NCBI GenBank assembly: GCA_016217925.1
Contig: JACRFK010000004.1
Location: 46,435 to 110,434, forward strand
From: Candidatus Kaiserbacteria bacterium
GTDB taxonomy: Bacteria; Patescibacteriota; Minisyncoccia; Phycocordibacterales; UBA2100
Length of the DNA: 64,000 bases
Direction: 5' to 3'
This document shows positions 37,015 to 46,106 of this stretch, piece after piece; positions within the stretch are counted from its first letter, which is position 1, and each line of letters starts with the position of its first letter. Position numbers and translations under genes: made by a program. Below the pieces are notes generated by a model that saw only the letters and a list, made by a program, of their open reading frames with translations, did not search any database and was not told the origin of the DNA.

Positions 37015-37530
37015 GAACAAAATAACTCCTGCCGCGACCGAGACGTTGAGTGACTCCTTTTTACCGTGCATGGGAATTTCCACGACCGCATCACACATTT
37101 TGAGAATATTCTGCGGAATTCCATCTACCTCGTTGCCAAAGATGAATACGATTTTCCTTTTTTTCTTTCCTCCGGAGGAGGATCCGCCTCCGGCGGAGAA
37201 CTTCCGATAGTCGATGGCGAGTGGGCTCTGCTCCACGCCGATGATACTCCACCCTTCTTTTTTCCCTCCGGAGGAGGGTCCGCCTCCGGCGGATAATTTC
37301 TTTATCAACGCGGCCGGTGATTTGTGATACTCCCAAGGTACGAATTTCTCCGCACCCAGCGCCGTCTTCGCGATATCTTTCCTGGCGCGGTCAAATCGGT
37401 CCGTTGGAGTTGGTGTATATCCGCTTAGGTATATGCGGGATACGCCAGATGCATCACAGGTGCGGAAAATAGAGCCCACATTGTGAGCACTCCGCACGTT
37501 GTGCAACAGGACCGCGATATCTTTCTTCAT
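37003..37530 (-). CDS. SpoU/TrmH-family RNA 2'-O-methyltransferase with tandem Gly/Ser-rich insertions
   Basis: 175 aa; LHNVRSAHNVGSIFRTCDASGV and C-terminal IPMHGKKESLNVSVAAGVILF are SPOUT signatures. Two adjacent insert copies: SAGGGPSSGGKKEG and SAGGGSSSGGKKKR. Confidence 0.8.
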   Translation of the reverse strand: MKKDIAVLLHNVRSAHNVGSIFRTCDASGVSRIYLSGYTPTPTDRFDRARKDIAKTALGAEKFVPWEYHKSPAALIKKLSAGGGPSSGGKKEGWSIIGVEQSPLAIDYRKFSAGGGSSSGGKKKRKIVFIFGNEVDGIPQNILKMCDAVVEIPMHGKKESLNVSVAAGVILFSVR

Positions 37531-37540
37531 GCGCTATACT

Positions 37541-37891
37541 ATGGGCATGCTTTCCCTTTTCCCGCAAATCCTGTTCCTCGCACCATTTTCGGCCTCTCTG
37601 ATACGGCTCGCGCTCGCGTGCGTGTTCTTCCTCATGGCTTGGAAACACTTCGCGGCACCTGAAAATAGTTTACGTGCTCTCGGCGTTCTCGAAATTGCCC
37701 TCTCGGCCGCGCTCGTCCTCGGCACATGGACGCAGGGAGTCGCTTTACTGGGAGCAGCGCGGATATTCCTCGACATCTTCATACCCCGCCTGCGGGTGCT
37801 GCCGCTTAGCACTACACTCCTCTCGCTCGTAATGCTCCTCTCGCTCGTCGTGACGGGCGCCGGAGTCTTCGCATTTGATCTACCACTGTAG
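37541..37891 (+). CDS. DoxX-like small membrane protein
   Basis: ~117 aa from MGMLSLFPQILFL..; four hydrophobic helices. Confidence 0.45.
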   Translation: MGMLSLFPQILFLAPFSASLIRLALACVFFLMAWKHFAAPENSLRALGVLEIALSAALVLGTWTQGVALLGAARIFLDIFIPRLRVLPLSTTLLSLVMLLSLVVTGAGVFAFDLPL

Positions 37892-38019
37892 CAGGTAGAA
37901 AGTCGCAGTTTCATCTGCTAGGATGCAGACGTAAACCCCCCGTAGCCCCGACGCGCAAAGCGGTCGGTGTCCCGACAGCAAGGCTCGTCGGGACTCAGTG
38001 GGGTGTAGAGTATATGTTG

Positions 38020-38090
38020 CCCCCCGTAGCTCAGTGGTAGAGCAGCTCCCTTTTAAGGAGTTGATGTTGGTTCGATTCCAACCGGGGGGA
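38020..38090 (+). tRNA. tRNA-Lys (TTT)
   Basis: Acceptor CCCCCCG/CGGGGGG, D-arm GCTC-AGTGGTA-GAGC, anticodon stem GCTCC/GGAGT with loop CTTTTAA (TTT), T-arm GTTGG-TTCGATT-CCAAC, discriminator A. Confidence 0.75.
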
Positions 38091-38177
38091 AGCGAGCGAA
38101 GTGAGCTGACCTCCGGTTGGATAGAAAGGGGTCGGGAAAACATTTGTTTTCCCGTGGAGGAAGGAATGGGAAAACCG

Positions 38178-38292
38178 TGGGTTTCCCAGAGCCAACAGGG
38201 GGGATGTGGTCAGAAAATTCTTGCCGCGGCGGCGGCAAAAATATTTGTGACGACAAGAACGAAGTATGGTTTCCCAGAGCCGCCAGGGGGAC
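38178..38292. repeat. two copies of GGTTTCCCAGAGCC[A/G][A/C]CAGGGGG ~87 bp apart, downstream of tRNA-Lys; GC hairpin TTGCCGC-ggcg-GCGGCAA between them
   Basis: Read directly: ..ggtttcccagagccaacagggggg.. (38181) and ..ggtttcccagagccgccaggggga.. (38268), in the convergent gap between tRNA-Lys and gdh. Confidence 0.5.
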
Positions 38293-38295
38293 AGG

Positions 38296-39540
38296 CTACA
38301 CCTTCTTGGCGTAAAGCGCCTCCTCAAGCCGCTCGAGCGCAAGCGCGAACGCCGCGCGGCGCAGGTCAGTCTTTAGTTTCTTGCTCCGCTCCCACACATT
38401 CTTCGACTCACGGTCGAGCAACTTTCGCAGTTTGTGGAGCACATCTTTCTCGCTCCAGTGTTCCCCTTTCAGGTTTTGCTCCCATTCATAGGTCGAAACG
38501 ACGACACCGCCTGAATTCGCGAGGACGTCCGGAACAACGTGCACGCCTTTTTTGAACAACACGTCATCGGCTTCTGTCGAGGTCGGACCGTTGGCGAGCT
38601 CGAGGACGACTTTTGCTTTGATATTTCTCGCATTTTTCTTTGTTATTTGATTTTCAAGCGCAGCGGGAATGAGTACGTCACACGGAAGTTCGAGTAGTTT
38701 CCCGTTGGAGATGTATTTCGCATGCGGGAATCCCTTGAGAGCTCCATTCTCTTTCTTATATTTCTCCACCGCGTCCGGATCGAGGCCCCGCGGCGAGTAG
38801 ACGCCGCCTTTTGAGTCGGACATCGCGAGAACTTTGTGTCCGAGCGCATGAAAAATCTTCGCGGCATTGCCGCCGACGTTGCCCACGCCCTGTATGACCA
38901 CGGAGACCGATTCAGGCAGTTTCATTTCTGTTTGAAGCGCTTTGAAAACATCGAAGCCGCCGGCGCCGGTTGCCGCGCCGCGGCCTTCAGAGCCGCCGTA
39001 GTCGAGCGGTTTTCCGGTAAATGTCCCGTTGCGTATATCGCCGGTGAGTTTTTTATACTCATCCGCCATCCACCGCATAATTTCTGGCGTGGTGTTCACA
39101 TCCGGAGCGGGCACGTCGCGCTCTGGGCCCAAGACCGGATAGAGTGCCCCCACCCACCCGCGAGAAAGCCGTTCGAGCTCGCCTTTCGAAAGTTCTTTCG
39201 GATCGAGTGTGATGCCGCCTTTACCGCCGCCCATCGGAATACCGGCGACGGCGCATTTTATGGTCATCCAGAATGCAAGGGCCTTTACCTCATCGATATT
39301 TGCATCGTGATGAAAGCGTATGCCGCCTTTGTACGGTCCGCGTAGGGAAGAATACTGGACGCGGTACCCCTCGAATACTCGCGTCGTGCCGTCGTCCATG
39401 GTGACGGGGATGGCGACGGTTATCTCGCGCTCGGGTTTTTGCAGCCGGGCACGGAGCGCATCGGATACCTTTTGGATCTTAAGTGCGCGAGAGAGCTGGA
39501 GTTGTGCCTGCTCAAATGGGCTCACCCCGTTAGAAGCCAT
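38296..39540 (-). CDS. gdhA: NAD(P)-dependent glutamate dehydrogenase
   Basis: 414 aa; Glu/Leu/Phe/Val dehydrogenase signatures (..GGGKGGI.., ..VVIQGVGNVGGNAAK..). First codons (MASNG) lie inside an IR element; GTG 15 nt downstream is an alternative start. Confidence 0.9.
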   Translation of the reverse strand: MASNGVSPFEQAQLQLSRALKIQKVSDALRARLQKPEREITVAIPVTMDDGTTRVFEGYRVQYSSLRGPYKGGIRFHHDANIDEVKALAFWMTIKCAVAGIPMGGGKGGITLDPKELSKGELERLSRGWVGALYPVLGPERDVPAPDVNTTPEIMRWMADEYKKLTGDIRNGTFTGKPLDYGGSEGRGAATGAGGFDVFKALQTEMKLPESVSVVIQGVGNVGGNAAKIFHALGHKVLAMSDSKGGVYSPRGLDPDAVEKYKKENGALKGFPHAKYISNGKLLELPCDVLIPAALENQITKKNARNIKAKVVLELANGPTSTEADDVLFKKGVHVVPDVLANSGGVVVSTYEWEQNLKGEHWSEKDVLHKLRKLLDRESKNVWERSKKLKTDLRRAAFALALERLEEALYAKKV

Positions 39541-39602
39541 ACATAAGTTCAGCTAGTGATAAATAACCCGTGAAATGTAATTGAGCGAAGCTTCTAACGG
39601 GG
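39525..39602. repeat. IR element #3 (arms CCCCGTTAGAAGC / GCTTCTAACGGGG) at the gdh start
   Basis: Arm followed immediately by GTG (in frame with the annotated ATG that lies just inside the arm). Confidence 0.7.
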
Positions 39603-39671
39603 CTCATACCTGCCATGTACGCATAGTACACGAACGGCTCGATATTATTCCAAACAGGAGGGTGTGGCTAA

Positions 39672-41066
39672 CTAAATCTTCAGGTTCACCGTGACCGAAT
39701 CCGTGATTGGCGTACCGTCGGGCGCTAGGCATGATATGGAGAACACCGTCGCGGCCGTGATGGGTTGTGTTGCCGCTCCCCCGGAAAGCGAACTTTGATT
39801 GAAGCCCCCGTTCGGTGATGTCTCGGTGCATTTTGTAACACCTTGCGTGTTCCAGAAGACCGAGGTGCGCGCGCCGAGCGTGACCGATGTGGGCACCGCC
39901 CAGATATCTACTTTTGGCGTAACAGTTGAGGTCGCGGTGGTCGTCGTCGCAGACGCGGCTGGCTTTGGCGTTTGCTGGAGAACCACTACTGGCGCCGAGG
40001 CGGCGGGTGGAGCCCCTACTTGGTAACCACGCCACTTACAAATGTTGTCGAAGAACGACGGCGTAACCACTTTCGAAAGAAAATTGGTCGCCCACGGACG
40101 ATTCTTGCACCATGCGCCGACAAGACCTTGAGAACCCTGCCCGCCAAACGTCTCGGAACCGTAGAAGCCGGCGACCTCGACGTTACCTTGTGTATCGCGC
40201 GAACCACCGACGACTGTCGCGCCGCTAGTACCCTCCTTGATATCTCCGCGTATGCCTCCCGGCGGCACGGCAAGCCCGGCGGTAGTCGTTGCTCCGACAA
40301 TGGCGCGGGTCGTTGTGGCGGGAGTAGTAGGTGTATCTCCTCTCGGTGTTGAGGTGCTTTTCGTCGGGTCAATCGCGCAGGTGTCAGGACGAATGCATCC
40401 CTTGGCATCCTGCCCACCGGGGACGACACGGAATCCCGGGGAACAACGTGCCGCCGGGACATCTGGGCACTTGTCGGTGAGGCTGCCCGTGCACAAACCG
40501 AGGGCTTGATTCAGGATAGTGCACGAACCGTCCTCTGTGCTCGTCGGGGTGGTGATGACGATGGGCTCGGGTGTGTAGTCGGCACAGGGGTTCGAGATGA
40601 GAGAAATGTCGTGCGTCGGGAAGCGGGTTCCCAGACAACCGCTAGAGTCTCCCGGATTGGTCGGGGATGTTGGTGGAGGAGACGAAGACGAGGGGGGTTT
40701 TTGCTGCATGAGCTTGCCAAAAAGTTCGCCAAGCGCCTTCATCACCTGGTCGAGACCTGCCGAGCCTCCCGGTTGCCCACCGCCTGAAAATGAGTCGGCG
40801 TGACACTCAACGAGTTCACAATGACCCTTTGTCACACCGTTGGTTGGATCTATGCACGTCACGGGCTTGCATGTCGTATACGGATCTTTTTTTGCTGCAG
40901 TGGCGGCGGCGACACACTTTGCGCAGGTTACATTTGCTACGGTGCTCGCACTGGCCGTATGAGCTTGAAATAATAAAAAGGCAATACTAAAAAATAGAGC
41001 CGCTGCAATGATTAGGATCGGAGGGATAGTTTTTGATTTGTACATATACTCAAAATAGTACCACAT
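39672..41066 (-). CDS. secreted Cys-rich protein with C-terminal Ig-like module related to the giant-paralog tail
   Basis: 464 aa; signal peptide, many paired Cys, Pro/Ser/Thr linkers, C-terminal ..TSVFWNTQGVTKCTETSPNGGFNQSSLSGGAATQPITAATVFSISCLAPDG.. with the same pattern as the ..ATLSCSPEVADVGQQIAITYGCSSG..YSLACVDG.. modules. Confidence 0.6.
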   Translation of the reverse strand: MWYYFEYMYKSKTIPPILIIAAALFFSIAFLLFQAHTASASTVANVTCAKCVAAATAAKKDPYTTCKPVTCIDPTNGVTKGHCELVECHADSFSGGGQPGGSAGLDQVMKALGELFGKLMQQKPPSSSSPPPTSPTNPGDSSGCLGTRFPTHDISLISNPCADYTPEPIVITTPTSTEDGSCTILNQALGLCTGSLTDKCPDVPAARCSPGFRVVPGGQDAKGCIRPDTCAIDPTKSTSTPRGDTPTTPATTTRAIVGATTTAGLAVPPGGIRGDIKEGTSGATVVGGSRDTQGNVEVAGFYGSETFGGQGSQGLVGAWCKNRPWATNFLSKVVTPSFFDNICKWRGYQVGAPPAASAPVVVLQQTPKPAASATTTTATSTVTPKVDIWAVPTSVTLGARTSVFWNTQGVTKCTETSPNGGFNQSSLSGGAATQPITAATVFSISCLAPDGTPITDSVTVNLKI

Positions 41067-41079
41067 CCACCAAGTACCA

Positions 41080-41757
41080 TTATTTGGTCGGCTGCACCGC
41101 CGGTGGATTCAGGAGGAAGAGCAGATTGCTCACCATAGCCGCGGAATCGCTCAATAATTTGGACGTATCCAGAGGTTGCACGAGGCCGGAGGAGGGCGTC
41201 GGGAGTGTGGATTGTGGGCTTGTGTCTATCCCTGGATTGCCGGTGTTGCTTGGCGGAGTACTTTGGTCACTTTGTTGTAGGAGCCTGCTCAACACCGCGT
41301 TTACGGCAGAGCTGAGCGAGGACAGGCTGCTAAGAGCGGACATTATTCCATTGAGGCCGGTGGAAGAAACCCCCCTGCATTCGTTGACGAAACACAGGCC
41401 CTCTACGATGCCTGAACTATTCGAAGTCGGCACGACGCAGGGGAAGTCTCCATTCGGCGGCGGCTGCGGAGGCTTCATCGCTGCCCGTCGTGCAGTCTCT
41501 GCGACACACGCCGGATGCGTTAGCCCCCCGGTAGCACCCGCGACGTCGAGCCCGGCAGCTTTTGTGGGATTAATCGGCGCTAAGTAAGTAGGGTCGATTG
41601 TTACATTAGGTATTTTTATTAAACCCGAGACGGGTTCAGTTCCGTCGGTTGTCAGAGTCGCGAACGCTGTGAATGGCAGAAAGGAAATAAGGATAGCGAC
41701 GACAAGTGTACGCATACAACATTGTAGCTCACTGCAGGACGAACAATTCGAGCGCAT
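41080..41757 (-). CDS. secreted Cys-containing protein, function unknown
   Basis: 225 aa; signal peptide (..LVVAILISFLPFTAFA), Ser/Leu-rich low-complexity stretch. Confidence 0.5.
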   Translation of the reverse strand: MRSNCSSCSELQCCMRTLVVAILISFLPFTAFATLTTDGTEPVSGLIKIPNVTIDPTYLAPINPTKAAGLDVAGATGGLTHPACVAETARRAAMKPPQPPPNGDFPCVVPTSNSSGIVEGLCFVNECRGVSSTGLNGIMSALSSLSSLSSAVNAVLSRLLQQSDQSTPPSNTGNPGIDTSPQSTLPTPSSGLVQPLDTSKLLSDSAAMVSNLLFLLNPPAVQPTK

Positions 41758-42397
41758 ACTCGAGCTCTAGTCCACGCCTGCGCGATTCATGCGGGAGCTC
41801 CGCAAGCTCAGCGATGAGCCGTTTCGCGCGTCCCTGCTCCGCCTCTGTGCGACCTTTGAGGTACATGTCCTTCGCCGCCCAGAATAAGACGCCGTGAATG
41901 GCCTCGGGAGCCGCGTCCGCGGCAAGTTGCCGTTGGTAGTTCACCCAGAGCGACTTCTTGTCGGCGCGTCGCAGCGCATTGGCTACCGCAAAGATGTCGC
42001 CTCCCTTTTTTGCACTCGCGCTGTCGAAACGCTTCGACTCTTCGGCATACTTCTCTATCTGTTTGCGCGTCGCAGCATCGAGCTTCTCCTCAAGAATAAA
42101 AAAAGGGTCTGCCGAAGCGCGCATATCCGGGAGAGCAGCGAGCGCCTGTGCGCGCATTTCTTCATTTGCAAAGACCCCGTTGAGTACGACCAAACGTCCT
42201 TCATCGAACATCCCGCGGCCGCCGAGTGCCGCCGCGAGATCTGCCGGGGCATTAGCGTCGGTTATGCGCACGACGCGAGAACCTTTCTTTGATATTTTCT
42301 TAACGGCCGCATCCATCGCCGCGCGCGCTTTTTCCCTGTCTGTTCCTGAATAGAAGTACAACATAGTTAGCGCTGCAATTTTTTTAGAGAACCCCAA
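41729..42397 (-). CDS. DNA polymerase III delta subunit-like (HolA), tentative
   Basis: 222 aa; N-terminal ..LYFYSGTD.. and overall alpha-helical layout resemble HolA; immediately downstream of and overlapping polA. Confidence 0.45.
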   Translation of the reverse strand: MGFSKKIAALTMLYFYSGTDREKARAAMDAAVKKISKKGSRVVRITDANAPADLAAALGGRGMFDEGRLVVLNGVFANEEMRAQALAALPDMRASADPFFILEEKLDAATRKQIEKYAEESKRFDSASAKKGGDIFAVANALRRADKKSLWVNYQRQLAADAAPEAIHGVLFWAAKDMYLKGRTEAEQGRAKRLIAELAELPHESRRRGLELEYALELFVLQ

Positions 42398-44781
42398 TCC
42401 TGCCCTATCGCGACTTCTGCGACAATAGGCACGCCAGAGAGTTTGTCCACAGGTGCGACCGACTCCATTACGTGACGTATCGCGCGCGCCACTTCTTCCG
42501 CTATACTCTCGTCGAGTTCATACACGAGCTCGTCGTGGACCTGCAGCACGAGCGCCGCCTTATCGCGCCAGCCGTTCTCCTCGATGAGCCTGTCGGCTTC
42601 TACCATTGCGAGCTTGATGATATCGGATTGCGTCCCCTGTATCGGCGCATTCACCGCCATGCGTTCGGCTTGCGAGCGTATGTTCGGGAGCGTCGATTTG
42701 AATTCGGGGAAATAGCGGCGACGGCCGAAGAGCGTCTCCGTATAACCTTTTCTCGCCGCATCTGCTTTTGTGTGCTCGATGAAACGTGCGAGTCCGGAAA
42801 AATCCTTGAAATACTCGTCGAGAAAATGCGTGGCTTCGTCACGCGAGACCGTTTCACCCAGATTTGCGCGCAGGGCGTTCACGCCCATACCATAGAGAAT
42901 GCCGAAGTTGATGACCTTGGCGCGGCGGCGCATTTCGTAATCTACCAATTCCGGCGGCACATCGAAGACTTCGGCTGCGACAGCAGCATGCACATCGCCA
43001 CCTGCCTTGAATACGCGTATCAGCTTCTCGTCACCCGAAAGTCCCGCAGCGATACGCAGCTCTATCTGCGAATAATCGAGTGAGGCGAGCACACGCCTCT
43101 TCGGTGCCGCAAAAGCACTGCGTATGCGACGGCCATACTCGGTCTTTATCGGGATATTCTGGAGATTGGGATTTTGACACCCCATGCGGCCAGTCGTGGT
43201 CCCGGTCTGTAAAAATTCCGCGTGTAACCGCCCGTCTGTGCCGATGAGCGCGGGCATTTTCTCTATGTAGGTCGAGAGCAACTTCTGCAGTTCACGATAC
43301 GCGAGCACGTCAGCGATGACCGGATGGAGCGACGAGAGTTTTGCGAGCTCCTCCTCGCGCGTCGTACGCGCACCGCCAGCCGTTTTCTTCTGCTTCACCG
43401 GATTTATTTTGAGCTCGTCATAGAGCACGACGCCGAGCTGTTTCGGGGAATTGATATTGAACTCGTGTCCTGCGTGTGCGTATATCCTGCCCGCGGCTTT
43501 CCCTAGCTCTGTATTATATTCGCGCGCGAGCTCGGCGAGATGTGCAGTGTCCACGTAGATCCCTGTGGCATTCATCCGCTCGACGACGGGGATGAGCGGT
43601 CGTTCTATTTTTTCATAGACTTCGTGGATGCGCCCCGTTTTATGCAACTCCGCAAAGATATTCTCGCGCGCTTTCTCAAAATCCTCTGATTTACCTTCGC
43701 GCAAAATATCGCCGAGCGACGGGTTGGTGACGTCCGAGTGCAGGAGCCACAGTGCGACGGACGTCTCACGCAGCGCCTTCGGGTCGACATTTTGCACTTC
43801 CGCTTCCTCGGGTAAAGCGGCTTCTGCCCCGCCCTTTTTTGACGAGAGACTTTTCACGCGCTCCTTGAGCGAGCGAAATTCCAGTGTATCGCAAAGCGCT
43901 TCAATGTCCGCCCCGTGATCTTCGATGCGCCACGGATGGTCGGGCTGCGTGAAGGTGACGGGAGCGTCGCGGTGAATGGTCGCGAGTTGTTTTGAGAATA
44001 ACGCGTCCCTTTCCCCCTCCCGCAGCAGCTTCACGACCCGCGGCTTGATCTCCTTCTTCTCGAATTCTTCCGGATGTTTCTTGAGCGTTTTATATATATT
44101 TTCAATGGAGCCGAATTTTTGGATGAGCTCGGTCGCCGTTTTCTCCCCGATGCCTTTGATGCCTTTGATGTTGTCGGAAGCGTCGCCGCACATGCCCTTG
44201 TAATCGGTCACGTGCTCGGGTCCGAAACCATAACGCTCGAGGACGGCGGCTTCATCGTAGAATTTCATGTTGGAAATGCCGGTGAGAAGCCGATAGACCG
44301 TGACGCGGCCGTCCACGACGAGTTGGAGCATGTCCATGTCGCCCGTGAGAATGATAGTTTCAATATCCTTGCGCTTCGCGACCTGCTCGGTGACTGTCCC
44401 GACGACGTCGTCTGCCTCGAATCCGGCGACATCAAGCGTCGGGATTCCGAATGCATCGAATACTTCACTCGTGCGCTTCAACTGTTCAACGAGGGGTTCT
44501 TCTGTCTTTGCTCGTGTGCCTTTGTAATCCGCAAAGAGTTCCTCCCGGTGCGTTTTCTCCGCGCGGTCGCGCGCAGCGACAATGTAATCGGGCTTGAGGT
44601 CTTGGATTGATTTGAGGAGCATTGTCATGAGGCCGTACAGAGCACCAGTCGGCTCGCCTTTGGATGAGGTGAGATCGGGCAGTGCATGGTACGCGCGATG
44701 CACGATGGCGTGCGTATCGAGAAGCAGCAGTCGCTTGGGTTTTTCTGTTTTCTGTTTGCTGTTGTCTTTTTTCTTAGCCAT
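42367..44781 (-). CDS. polA: DNA polymerase I (5'-3' exonuclease + polymerase domains)
   Basis: 804 aa; N-terminal FEN-like 5' nuclease, C-terminal family-A polymerase motifs (..DYSQIELRIAA.., ..RRRAKVINFGILYG.., ..QVHDELV..). Confidence 0.93.
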   Translation of the reverse strand: MAKKKDNSKQKTEKPKRLLLLDTHAIVHRAYHALPDLTSSKGEPTGALYGLMTMLLKSIQDLKPDYIVAARDRAEKTHREELFADYKGTRAKTEEPLVEQLKRTSEVFDAFGIPTLDVAGFEADDVVGTVTEQVAKRKDIETIILTGDMDMLQLVVDGRVTVYRLLTGISNMKFYDEAAVLERYGFGPEHVTDYKGMCGDASDNIKGIKGIGEKTATELIQKFGSIENIYKTLKKHPEEFEKKEIKPRVVKLLREGERDALFSKQLATIHRDAPVTFTQPDHPWRIEDHGADIEALCDTLEFRSLKERVKSLSSKKGGAEAALPEEAEVQNVDPKALRETSVALWLLHSDVTNPSLGDILREGKSEDFEKARENIFAELHKTGRIHEVYEKIERPLIPVVERMNATGIYVDTAHLAELAREYNTELGKAAGRIYAHAGHEFNINSPKQLGVVLYDELKINPVKQKKTAGGARTTREEELAKLSSLHPVIADVLAYRELQKLLSTYIEKMPALIGTDGRLHAEFLQTGTTTGRMGCQNPNLQNIPIKTEYGRRIRSAFAAPKRRVLASLDYSQIELRIAAGLSGDEKLIRVFKAGGDVHAAVAAEVFDVPPELVDYEMRRRAKVINFGILYGMGVNALRANLGETVSRDEATHFLDEYFKDFSGLARFIEHTKADAARKGYTETLFGRRRYFPEFKSTLPNIRSQAERMAVNAPIQGTQSDIIKLAMVEADRLIEENGWRDKAALVLQVHDELVYELDESIAEEVARAIRHVMESVAPVDKLSGVPIVAEVAIGQDWGSLKKLQR

Positions 44782-44783
44782 GG

Positions 44784-46037
44784 CTATTTTGTCATCGGCA
44801 AAATCACCGTCTTGTCAGGTATATTAATAATCGCCTCGGCCATACAACCCAAGCGGAACGTACCAAACGGCCCTCCTTGAAATATGGGTATCTTTATATC
44901 GTCTTCCACGCCTTCAAAACGCATCGGTTCCCTTTTTAAGAGTCGTTCTATAACATCTCCGGTCGTAGCTGGACCTAATAAAAACTGACGCAAGGAGAGT
45001 TCGTCAGCCGATAGACGAGTTTCGAATTCGCTCCGCAACCGCTGTTCTCGAGGAATAGAAGTCATGAATGTCGTGACTCGCGTCCGCTCCTCTTTTGGTG
45101 TCTCGTCATGTGTGATGTAATCGCTTAAGGCCTCTTTGATTATGGGATCATCAGACTCTCGTAACCGCATCAAATAATCGACAAACAGTTTGTTTTTATT
45201 GCCGAATGAAAAAATGAAAGGCTGTCGCTGTAAGTCGTACCGAAACGGTTCGGCGCCAAACATACGATCTTCACGTACCGGAGGATCCGCCAAATGCTCC
45301 TTCACTGCGGCGGTAATATCAGTGCCGGTGGCATCGAGAATTTTCCCCTCGGAGCGATCCGTGCCTTGCTTCCGCTTTGTAAGATTACACTTTGTCAGGT
45401 ATTCGTCCGTCGGCCAGGAATGTCTAGGATCTGGTGAGCCCCTGCCAATGTGTTCAAGCCGTCCGCCAGCAACGTCAAAACTCCCATATTGATTGCTCCT
45501 GTAGGGCGAAAACAAAAAACGTTCCCTTGTCCAAGAGCCGATTTTATGTGTTGTTTCACTGAAATATCCCGGTATACCGAACTCCGGCCCTCCCATCGCA
45601 TGCTGCACGGTTCCCCACGACGGCGTTCGGCCTTCCGTGAGTTCATATTCGACTCGTAGTAGTTGATCGAATGAATCTCTCGATTTTATCAGCACATCCT
45701 CATAAAACTTCGCCGAAAACGCAGCCATGGACTTGACCACCGCGAGAACTTTTTCGGGGTCGCCCCTTGTCTGATTGAGCCGAAGAACGTCGTGCTGCGT
45801 TTTCAATGCTTCTTCGATTCCTTTGAATTGTGTTTCAAGAGCTGGCGGAAGTGATAATACTTTTTTCACCTTAAACCCCCCTAGGTCTTCGACGTTCAAT
45901 CGCCTGCGTGTCGCACTCGAAAGTCCCAAAAAATATTCGCTGTATTCCACAGTGCCCACGTTGGGTACATCAATCGATTTCAGTTCGCCTTTGATTGGCT
46001 TCTCTAGAGAATTCTGTGTCTGCAACCCATCCATCAA
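44784..46037 (-). CDS. hypothetical protein, function unknown (first gene of a polA operon)
   Basis: 417 aa; no motif I can name; stop codon 2 nt before the polA start. Confidence 0.5.
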   Translation of the reverse strand: MMDGLQTQNSLEKPIKGELKSIDVPNVGTVEYSEYFLGLSSATRRRLNVEDLGGFKVKKVLSLPPALETQFKGIEEALKTQHDVLRLNQTRGDPEKVLAVVKSMAAFSAKFYEDVLIKSRDSFDQLLRVEYELTEGRTPSWGTVQHAMGGPEFGIPGYFSETTHKIGSWTRERFLFSPYRSNQYGSFDVAGGRLEHIGRGSPDPRHSWPTDEYLTKCNLTKRKQGTDRSEGKILDATGTDITAAVKEHLADPPVREDRMFGAEPFRYDLQRQPFIFSFGNKNKLFVDYLMRLRESDDPIIKEALSDYITHDETPKEERTRVTTFMTSIPREQRLRSEFETRLSADELSLRQFLLGPATTGDVIERLLKREPMRFEGVEDDIKIPIFQGGPFGTFRLGCMAEAIINIPDKTVILPMTK

Positions 46038-46106
46038 TCGTGATGATACGCCCTTCTCAGGCTATCTCAAATGTGATGCATGTCGCGCCTTCGGGAATTG
46101 CCTCTA

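Noticed and set aside
37998-38555. ORF 37998..38555 (+), 185 aa, and minus ORFs 38031..38342 and 38053..38256
   Set aside because: They span tRNA-Lys and the repeat/terminator gap. Composition is Gly/Arg/Pro-rich noise, and there is no start context.
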